Shown here: positions 42,201 through 49,300 of the stretch, one piece after another
Position numbering within the stretch: position 1 is the first letter of the stretch
How the letters are laid out: every line of letters starts with the position of its first letter
NCBI GenBank assembly: GCA_964531785.1
Contig: CAZHFF010000001.1
Location: 7,880-71,879 of the forward strand
From: an uncultured Candidatus Saccharibacteria bacterium
Lineage (GTDB): Bacteria > Patescibacteriota > Minisyncoccia > Phycocordibacterales > UBA12088
DNA length: 64,000 bases
Direction: 5' to 3'
Translations under genes and position numbers: made by a program
The notes under the pieces: generated by a model
Seen by the model: only the letters and a program-made list of their open reading frames with translations
Databases searched by the model: none
What the model was told of the DNA's origin: nothing

Positions 42201-45200
42201 TGGCGCACAGCCGGGCCTGGTCGAACGTCTGCGCCTCGGCGTTTCGAATGAAGGGAGCACCACCTCCGATCAGACCACACTGCTTCTCCAGTATGCGGAG
42301 AAGGTATCGACCTGTGGTGCTGCCGATGCTTGGCAGGAAGTGGGTACCCCGGGTTCGCACTGGAGCCTCAGTGAATCGGCATACCTGACCGACGGGAGTG
42401 ACACGACGAACATAGCGCTTGCACTGGGCGGTGTGACCGACGAGAATCCGAGCTTCCTCACCCCAAATGGTGGCGTCCACGAGCACCGCCCGCTTTCGGA
42501 CGAGCTCGTTCTTGATGATGACGAGTTCGTTGAGCTCGAGTACGTGATCGAACCGAACACCGATGCGCTTCCCGGCACGACGTACTGTTTCCGGGTTACC
42601 GATCAGTACGGGCCACTGCCAAGCTACCTATCCTACCCGGAAGCAACGCTCAAGGCCAAGCGCGACTTTTTCATACAGCGCGGCGTGGTCGACATAGCGA
42701 ACGGCACGAGCACCGCCTCGATCCTGGCCGGGACGCATTACACGGCACCTGGGGCGAGCACCTCGGCCTTCATCAGGATCACGAATGCGCTCGCGACCGG
42801 AGCAGGCGCGACCGCTGGAGGCGGTACCCAGAACGCGAATAACGTCACCGTGGGTATCCTAAACCCGAGCGACATCGAGAGCGGCGTGACCTTCATACGT
42901 TCGGGTACATCGAACAGTACGCGCATATATTGGGAATTGATCGAGTATGTCGGGTTGCCGGGCGGTGACAACGAGATCAAAGTGCGTGCACAGGAACGGG
43001 CTACCTATGGGAGTAGCGACCTTCAGGTTACTACCGGTACGGTTTCCGGTGTGAACGAGGACGGTCAGGTCGTGGTCTTCATCACGGGCCAGCAGAACCC
43101 GGCCGCGAACACGACAGGCTACCACGCCGGGCTTTCGACCGCCGAGTGGAACGGCGGCAGTGACACGGCGACGTTCACCCGTGGAGCGACCACGTCGGTT
43201 GCCGCGGTCGTGAGCTATGCGGTCGTTGAGTTTACCGGCGCCAACTGGCGCATACAGCGCAGTGAGCATACCTACGTGACGCCCGGCGCGACCGAGACCG
43301 AGACCATTACCCCGGTGAACAGCGTCGCGCGCGCGTTCCTGCACACCCAGAAGCGGACCGGGGCGAACCAGGTCGACGAGCTGGGACATCAGGTGTGGCT
43401 CGAGGGCGTCGGCGAGGTACGCTACAGCATACCCTCGACTGCCGCCTTGGCGAGCACGCACGTGTCGGTCGCATGGGTCATCGAGAACACGCAGACCAAC
43501 GGTTCGCCGATGGTCGTATACCGTTCGAACAGTTCGCAGGGGGCAGGTGGTCCTGAGCCCTCCACGTATCCGATCTCCATAAACGGCACAGTATCTGCCG
43601 TGAATAATGCGTCGATCTTCATGAACATGTGGGGACTTGGAGACACCCTGAACCATCCGCGTGCGATCATGGGTGCCGGCATCACCTCGACGACGTTTTA
43701 CGAGCTCTGGATATCGGACACCGGCAGCGGCCGCGCGTACCGCACTGAGGTCGTCGACTGGCCGACCGCCGAGCTTTCGTTCGAGCAGTACTACTATGCA
43801 TGGTATGTGGATAACGGGCTTCTGACACCGAGCGACATGTGGCCTGCCGGACCCTCAGGAATTGGCGAGAACACCGCGATCACCTCGTACGATAAACCGC
43901 CAAGCTCTGGAGAGGTGCTCCGTCTGCGCATGGCGGTTCGGGTGCATGGGTCGAGCATTTCACGCGAAACCAAATCATGGAAGCTGCAGTACGGCGTGCG
44001 CACCGCGACCTGTGACGCTGTAGATATGTGGTTCGATACGGGCGACAGTGCGTCGACGACCGCGCTCTGGCGCGGGTACAATGCGGTACCTGAGGACGGT
44101 ACGCCACTCTCGACAGATCCGCCCACCCTGGGTGACCTGAAGCTCTCGGTCTCGATAACGGGACGCGCGGGTACCTATGAGGAGGCGAACCCGTCCGCAC
44201 CGAACCCGTACAAGACAGCGATCGGCGAGAGTATCGAGTACGACTGGATACTTGAAGCGAACGGTGTGCCGGATGAGACGAGCTACTGTTTCCGCATGGT
44301 TGAGGACAGCGACGACCTGTTCGGAACGTACACGTACTACCCGACGCTGACTACAGCCGGGTTCGAGGTCGAACAGAAAGCCTGGCGCTGGTACGATGAC
44401 GAGGAAAGCCTGACGCCTGTCGTGCCGCTTGCGGCGACCAATACCGCCCCGGTCGACGTTAGCATGGGGGCGGTACTCAAGCTCCGGGTGCTCTTACAGG
44501 AGCTTGCTGGTAAGGCGGGGAGCGGGGTCAAGTTCAAGCTGCAGTTCTCGGAGTCCTCCGACCCAGGAACCTTCACCGACGTCGCGTCACAGGATGCGTG
44601 CACGACCGGGTCGCGCTTCTGTTACACTGATGGTGCGGGTGAGGACAATGCGACGATAACCGCGAGCGTCATATTCGGTGCAGACAGCTGTGTCGCGGGG
44701 GTGGGTCCCGGATGTGGTACCCATAACGAGCTTCCCTATACCCCGGAGGTGGTGGGTGAGGTGGGTACGACGACCACGGACTTGGCAGGCACGACGGTCA
44801 CGCTCCTCCACACGTACACCGACCCGATCTTCATCGTTGAAGCGATAACCGGAGATAGTGGCGGCGGAAGTGCGAACCGGCCAGCGGCGGCGATGATTAC
44901 CGCGACCACCACGTCGAGCTTCACGGTGCGTATCCAGGAGACCGACGATGAAGCGGACGACCATGGTGAGGAGCTCATCGCCTATCTCGTCATGGAGCGC
45001 GGTGCGTACCTGCTTCCCGACGGGCGGCGCGTCGACGTGAACTCGACGACCACGCTCGCGTACCGGAACAATGTGCTGCCGGGGACCGGAAACGATACCT
45101 GCGCGTTCGAACAGGCGTTCGACGAATCGCCGATCGTCTACACATCGCTCCAGAGCAACAACAATGCGGGCACGCCCGACTTCCTGACCGCGACCCAGGA

Positions 45201-46305
45201 GAGCATTTCTGCCGAAGCGTTCTTATGCGCGATCGAGGTGCCTGATGCGGTAAACACGGCACCTACTGCCGCTGAGACGATCGGGTGGGTGGCGATCGAG
45301 GGAGGTTCCTTCAAGAACGGCGGTATCGCGCTCCTTGCGACCACGACCGGGACGGTCATTACGGGTTGGGGCAATACGCCATGGTACGAGTATCTCTTCC
45401 CCTATGCGTACTTCACGCAGGTACCAGGCATCGTCGCAAGCAAGCAGACACGCTTTGGTGCCGATGGTGGGTGGGTCCGGTACGCTAACGTAAGCCCGGT
45501 ATCCGCCCGGTTCGCTATCGATGAGGCTGATGGTGGGAACCGCGTGCACACAGCGGAAACGGTCGGCATTCTCGGCTTCTCGCAGAGCGGGCTCCTGTAC
45601 CGGAGCACGAGCTCAAGCTGGGTCTTCCCGGCGTACGCCAAGCAGGAGTACGAGTTCACCATTACGCAGTATGACGCCCGCCCGGGCCGCACGTACTTCT
45701 TCCGGCTCTATGACGTTGACGCTGATCTTCCGGTCATGGCCTCGTCGACCGTAGCCGGTTACCCCTCGCTCGTCACTGAGAGCGGGACGCTATCGTTCAC
45801 GGTCACCGGTCTCCCCATGGGGACCACGACCGAAGGCGTCACGACGGACGTGACTGCGAACGCGTTTTCGATCCCGTTTGGCAACCTTGCGCTGGGGGTG
45901 GATCGGACCGCGGGGCAACGGCTGAGCGTAAGCACGAACGCGACGCGGGGGTACCAGGTCTTCCTCTATGAACTCTTTGACATGACCGCCGGTGTCGGGG
46001 CGGTCATCCAGGACATCACTTCGACCAATGCGTCGCCACAGCCCTGGAGCACTGCGTGCACCATAGGTGCAGCAAGTTGCTTTGGTTACCACGCGGGTGA
46101 CAACACGCTCGCCAGTGGATCTACCAGGTTCCTCGTTGACGACACGTTCGCGGCACTTACCACCGCACCCGCCGAGGTCGCGTACAGTAGCGTGCCGGTC
46201 GTCAATGAGCATACAGACATTATATATAGGATACGCGTGGGGAGCAGCCAACCTGCGGGCTACTATGAGAGCCGCATGGGCTACGTGATCGTACCGGTGT
46301 TCTAG
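36268..46305 (+). CDS. Giant (3,345 aa) N-terminally membrane-anchored multi-repeat surface protein with a C-terminal domain shared with the 58242..59438 product
   Basis: Single uninterrupted ORF. TM at aa ~28-50 (GPLFVTGGVLLGLVGVVLVLWPYLGF), 12 ~100-aa modules, five HYHFR-type domains, C-terminus ..YYESRMGYVIVPVF. It starts 6 nt after the previous stop. Confidence 0.85.
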   Translation: MQLPIIEKLVARLCTLQAFCEKQGLSAGPLFVTGGVLLGLVGVVLVLWPYLGFDRAQAAGYQMQTGYYVGDGASKEISGLGFSPELVIIKADTAAGVGAVMKTIAMPQNNVAYLGTATADDVAAQIQLTDDGFIVTGTLTDTINNRYTWVAFSGSDCSSGGTFCVGAYTGDGTGSKAITTGFDPDLVWVKPATAAFATWRSSTMSNNHAQFFSATAEDTSGVYFTTLDSNGFTVGSSNNTSATRYYYVSFKEASGFIDVGTYTGNGIDNRSITGAGFKPDYLFTKQGGAIAAVANISESYGDSSLYFTDTANLVNAVQALENDGFQVGTSDRANANGITYHYAAFGGATAHTSTGTFEAISGTYLGNGNSQTITNLGFEPDLVIVTASGTEHAVFSTKMMGGDSTAYFANNVANFAGGITTLSPNSFTVGSHATVNSPGVEYHFTAYGNAWDPETHTGATDFVIGAYYGNGINLRTLTRVPFSPDMLVIKQNGTALGTWRTSEHVGDSSSYFHALADGVNLIEEFTGDGFILGNAANVNTSGSLYWYFGFATSSNFSVGTYSGTGAPQNIETPFEPDAAWVKRTGATQGVMRMASTTGSSSYPFLNAATVQTGAIEGFYDAGFAVGAAPEANTSGVDNYRYAVWRDTTERGTSTYRMQTGYYVGDGGAKEISGLGFTPDLVLIKADTTAGIGVTWKSIAMPQNTAAYLGSATADNTAGQITLEPAGFRVAGTNTNTANTRYTWIAFTGSDCTATGQFCVGRYSGDGAGSKTIDTGFAPDLVWAKHATSTVVPPSWRSSLMPVDYAQFYSAAAQDTTGAYFRTLDGSGFTVGSSNTLNFGVYYFAAFKEVAGSIDVGTYLGNSTVGRSITGVGFRPDWVFTKNSTGAVAAVYNLQESYGNHSSYFSDTNNLTGAIQALESNGFQVGSNSTAHSNGVTYYYAAFGGAEAPTPSGTYQMLSGSYVGTGDVRVISDLGFAPDLVIVKGNTGQPGIFTTRMMGGDSSVYLDAPTGNIANAITALRPDSFALGTDATVNSPGVTYHWTAFGNAWKPDTNSGAADLMIGAYYGNGLDGRDIGRLPFSPDMLTIKRNGTTQGTWRTSEHTGDSSSFFTATADGANRIQAFKTSAFEIGTNAEVNTANSVYWYFAFATSSTFTVGTYSGSGSAQDIDVGFSPYHTWVKHTGATRAVMRPNTVVGDGALPFINASLVTGAIAGTAGTGFSVGTAAETNTSGSNNYRYAAWKQLSLAQEHYHFRADDGTEASASSLTGGTEDTPLGDVREGRPYRLRLAVSNRATVAASTTGLRLEYAEKVTTCSAASSWTRIDADSDAWRMYDSPNLTDGADTTNIALGDGGVSDPNPTFLTPNGGVKDASDEISPIALSAGAFVEVEYAITPTVHAGDGTTYCFRVSAQGEPLSVYGTYPEATFAVHLIATTTGSLVSEVVVPSEDVHVGGAFVLSDLGGGDTHAITDIVVTESGTVHASTGLANVRLFYEYDTSAPYDCASESFGGTETQYGLTVAGGFSGADGTAAFAGSVQASSTQSVCLYVVLDVEESALSGETIALSIAEASDLTASNNDQVRLVATPLVIPGTLSLRDARLTQAHYHFRLDNGSEAGASSATAGSEDTPLMNLPKASPRRIRLGISNEGSATSSATAYRLEYAERQGTCAATEVGWTDVGESGGSWDMYDSTNLTEGDDTTNVAISNGGVSDENTDYLVVNGGVKDTSSETGALVLGPTEFVDLEYSVVALSGASDGATYCFRVTDAGVPLKDYWTYPEATIAADVLVSALGAHQSAVKASSTSVLVAGAWVIADQAGSRNVTSVTLTESGSINAAADLANIRLHYELDTSAPYDCASVSYSGGSPQFGTTQGAFTGPNGTATFTDTVGISTTQTLCLFAVMDVTSSAEDGATIALMIADPSANVVVSSGTVNPNTSVAPTGSTTVQKATLSLVHYHFRNDDGSEALATSKTGGVEDVPVSGAQPGLVERLRLGVSNEGSTTSDQTTLLLQYAEKVSTCGAADAWQEVGTPGSHWSLSESAYLTDGSDTTNIALALGGVTDENPSFLTPNGGVHEHRPLSDELVLDDDEFVELEYVIEPNTDALPGTTYCFRVTDQYGPLPSYLSYPEATLKAKRDFFIQRGVVDIANGTSTASILAGTHYTAPGASTSAFIRITNALATGAGATAGGGTQNANNVTVGILNPSDIESGVTFIRSGTSNSTRIYWELIEYVGLPGGDNEIKVRAQERATYGSSDLQVTTGTVSGVNEDGQVVVFITGQQNPAANTTGYHAGLSTAEWNGGSDTATFTRGATTSVAAVVSYAVVEFTGANWRIQRSEHTYVTPGATETETITPVNSVARAFLHTQKRTGANQVDELGHQVWLEGVGEVRYSIPSTAALASTHVSVAWVIENTQTNGSPMVVYRSNSSQGAGGPEPSTYPISINGTVSAVNNASIFMNMWGLGDTLNHPRAIMGAGITSTTFYELWISDTGSGRAYRTEVVDWPTAELSFEQYYYAWYVDNGLLTPSDMWPAGPSGIGENTAITSYDKPPSSGEVLRLRMAVRVHGSSISRETKSWKLQYGVRTATCDAVDMWFDTGDSASTTALWRGYNAVPEDGTPLSTDPPTLGDLKLSVSITGRAGTYEEANPSAPNPYKTAIGESIEYDWILEANGVPDETSYCFRMVEDSDDLFGTYTYYPTLTTAGFEVEQKAWRWYDDEESLTPVVPLAATNTAPVDVSMGAVLKLRVLLQELAGKAGSGVKFKLQFSESSDPGTFTDVASQDACTTGSRFCYTDGAGEDNATITASVIFGADSCVAGVGPGCGTHNELPYTPEVVGEVGTTTTDLAGTTVTLLHTYTDPIFIVEAITGDSGGGSANRPAAAMITATTTSSFTVRIQETDDEADDHGEELIAYLVMERGAYLLPDGRRVDVNSTTTLAYRNNVLPGTGNDTCAFEQAFDESPIVYTSLQSNNNAGTPDFLTATQESISAEAFLCAIEVPDAVNTAPTAAETIGWVAIEGGSFKNGGIALLATTTGTVITGWGNTPWYEYLFPYAYFTQVPGIVASKQTRFGADGGWVRYANVSPVSARFAIDEADGGNRVHTAETVGILGFSQSGLLYRSTSSSWVFPAYAKQEYEFTITQYDARPGRTYFFRLYDVDADLPVMASSTVAGYPSLVTESGTLSFTVTGLPMGTTTEGVTTDVTANAFSIPFGNLALGVDRTAGQRLSVSTNATRGYQVFLYELFDMTAGVGAVIQDITSTNASPQPWSTACTIGAASCFGYHAGDNTLASGSTRFLVDDTFAALTTAPAEVAYSSVPVVNEHTDIIYRIRVGSSQPAGYYESRMGYVIVPVF
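36448..38229 (+). repeat. Super-repeat copy 1 (six ~100-aa modules, aa 61-654 of the giant protein)
   Basis: Starts YQMQTGYYVGDGASKEISGLGFSPELVIIKADTAAG and ends ..GVDNYRYAVWRDTTERGTST. Collinear with copy 2. Confidence 0.8.
38230..40011 (+). repeat. Super-repeat copy 2 (six modules, aa 655-1248)
   Basis: Starts YRMQTGYYVGDGGAKEISGLGFTPDLVLIKADTTAG and ends ..GSNNYRYAAWKQLSLAQE. Confidence 0.8.
40012..42640 (+). repeat. HYHFR-type tandem units (starts at 40012, 41071 and 42121); the first two are ~350 aa two-domain units
   Basis: HYHFRADDGTEA.., HYHFRLDNGSEA.., HYHFRNDDGSEA... Each has RLRL..SN, Y/LRLEYAE/LLLQYAE, TC, TTN[IV]A, TYCFRV and YPEAT. Confidence 0.8.
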
Positions 46306-46359
46306 CGGTGGATAGCGTACCGCTTAGCCGGTCCTGAGGTGGTATAGTACGGATACCGT

Positions 46360-49300
46360 ATGCGCGAACGACCAGTTCCAGTACCCGTTGAGGAGGCCCA
46401 GCCTACGCGCGGCTTGGTCTTGAGCGAGATACCGACGAGCGGTGAGCTTGAAGCGCTCACAAGTAGTGAGCTGCTCGCACGCATGCGCTCGCTCGAGGAT
46501 TGGAAGGGGGCCGCGCACATGCTCATCACCACAGAGGAGCTCGACGCAGATCCGAAGCAGCGGTCGGCGGTGGAGACCCGAGTAGCCGAACTCGTGAGCG
46601 AGCTGGTGAAGCAGGGCAAGCTCTATCCGGGACAGGAGTACGTGATTGATCCTCTGACCGGGGTCGGAGCGTGGCTTCCGCACCAAGCGTCAAGCGAGGC
46701 ACAAGGTGTGGAAACGACCGATCTGTCGCCGAGTCCATCGAAAGGGGTACCAAAGCCGGAGCGTGTCATATCGACCGAGCATAAGCTGCTCGAGGTGCTC
46801 GGCTTCAAGAAGCAACAGAAAGACCTCGTGAACGCGTCGAACGGCGAACTGATCGCGGCGGCGCAGGAGCTCGCGCACCTCGACCCGAACATATTCAAGG
46901 TGGACGTCGGCGCGTTTCCGCACGACCTCGATGCGCTCACGGTCGAAGACCTGACCTCGCGGCCGGATGATGCGCCGGATGTCATGCGTCGCAAGATCGC
47001 GCTCAGAAAGGAGCTCGTCGATTGGATAGCTGCTGAAACGACCCACTTCGAGCAGCGTGAAGTATCTGGAGCACCCGAGTTGTCGCGCTCGGGAGCGCCC
47101 GCTGCGGTGCCACCGACCACCGAAGCCGGGGTGCCGCCCGTGCCGCCTAAGGCGGAAGGTAGTACCGAGCCGCATGAACCGAGCGAGACCGAACGTGCCG
47201 CGTACCAGGCGCGGGTTCGTGACGAGCTGGATCACCTGCCTCGGGAAGAGCTCGGTTCACCTGAGCAGCTCGCAGCGAACGAGCTCTTGGGTCGCTTGGA
47301 ACGTCAGACTGATCCTAAACGTATTGATGACCTGCGTGTCGGTATCGACAAGAACTTGAAACGTATGCGCGAGCGCATCAGCGCGCGCCGGGGTACGAGC
47401 ACTACGGGCGAGTCCGGCACAGCCGTAGTGCCGGAACCGGTCGCGACCGAAGACCTGGAAACGGTCGCGCGTTCGCTCGAGTCGCTCACAGACGTAGATG
47501 AGATCCGTACCGGACGCAAGCGCCTCGTGCTCATGTATGCCGACCTCGTCCTCAATGCGCTCCATACGCACAGTACGACCGATGCGCACTTCGCAGAACC
47601 AATGGGGATAACGCTCATGCGCAAGATCGTCGAGAAGCTCCGGAGCACGACCGAAATGACCGAGCAGACCGATCGGCTGGCCGAACTCATTTTGGAAGCG
47701 ATAGAGCGCAATCATGAAGAGATCACTCGGTATGGCATAGTGTTGCCGCCGTTGCCGAAACTCCCCGCGATACCTGAGACACCAACCGAACCCATGTCCG
47801 ATGCGGCCGCGGAAGGAGTGGTCGAAGAACCGCCAGCAGCGGAGCCGACCGCAGAACCAGCGGCACCCCGGCTGGCGGCAGAGACTGCGGGTGAGACGAA
47901 GCCAGACGTGAGCGAAACGTTCGAGACGGGCCTCGAGCAGGCGCTCGAACATAACGCGGCACTCCCCAATGCGGACACCTCCTCGGCTGACCGTTCGGTG
48001 AACATAACCTACAACATCGGTGATGGTGCCCAGGTCGGTGTCGTTGCCCATGAGGGTGTACACAACAGCATGATAGGTATAGCCGCGCAGCCGGGTACGG
48101 CGGCGGGTGTACCTGCCGAACGGACCGAACCATCGGTGCCGGAGCGGGTGCAGCAGACTTCGTCGGCGCCTGAGGCAGTGACCGAAAAACAGGATGCTCC
48201 AACAGCTCTGCCAGCGCATGAGCCGACCCCCGTAGCAGAACCGGCACCGGAGACGCCCACACAACCCAAGGCAGTACCTGCGGGTGCACCGGAGACAGAT
48301 GCCGCAGAAACCGCACCGACCCCGCCGGAGACAGCGTCCGATCGGACGGGCGAGGAAGCAGCTGCTCTCGCTGCACCAGCAGACATGGTGCCTAGCGAAG
48401 CCGCCGGAGAATCAGTATCGTCGCCTGGTGTGACTGCACCAGAAGCCACCCCGGCTGAGCCGACACCTGAAGCAGCTCCATCAGATCCGTACCAGCAGAC
48501 ACGTGCCGAGTACCACGAGTTCACGAGCCGGCTCCGTGAGGCGGGGAAGGAGTATCAGGCGGCGCTTATGGCGCTTACGACCCGGCGCAACGAGCTAGGT
48601 TTGCTGAAGCGGGCAAAAAATGCAAAGGAGCTCGTTCTGCTTGCGAAGGTTAGAGATGAGAAAGAGGCGGCGTATGACGCCCTCCTCGGCGAGGTTCGCA
48701 CGAAACGCACCGAGCGGGTCACAAAGATCGTCGAGGCCGTGAAAGCGCGACGCGAACGACGAGGCGATCTGGAAGAGGCGGTCTCGCGAGATCCCGCGGC
48801 GCATATCCTTGCGTGGCACGAGGCGATCCTCTACGCGCAGACTATGCGTCACGCAGCGACCATAGAGCAGCTGCAAGGCGTTGGGGCCCAAAAGGAACAT
48901 GGTCCGCTGGTACGGCGCATGCAAGCGGTCGCCGAGTACTACCGTAAGATACCTCTTGCGAACAAGCTCACCCTCCGCGTCGTTGGGGCGGGTGCGATCG
49001 GTGCGGGAGCAGCGCTCCTTGCCGCACCGACAGCAGCGGCTGCGGCGTTCTGGGCAGGTGGCGCAGCGGCCACCCGCGCAGGCGTCGGTTTCCTGACCGG
49101 TATGGGGGCAGCCGTCGGTACGAAGAAAGGACTCGATTCCGTTATCGAGAAGCGGGCCGCGCGAAAGACCGGGGAGCTCAAGAAGGATTTTGCCGGCAAG
49201 CACCTTGCAGATACACGGAAACAGTTGCTCGCGATACGCAAGCAAGAGCGCCAGCTGAAAACCGGTGCAACGGTGGTCGCGGGAGCAGCAGCGTTCGGCG

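Noticed and set aside
36268-46305. A diversity-generating retroelement (DGR) targeting the giant protein, which is common in small-genome lineages.
   Set aside because: I found no reverse transcriptase gene and no template/variable repeat pair in the window. The internal repeats are ancient in-frame domain duplications, not adenine-specific variants.
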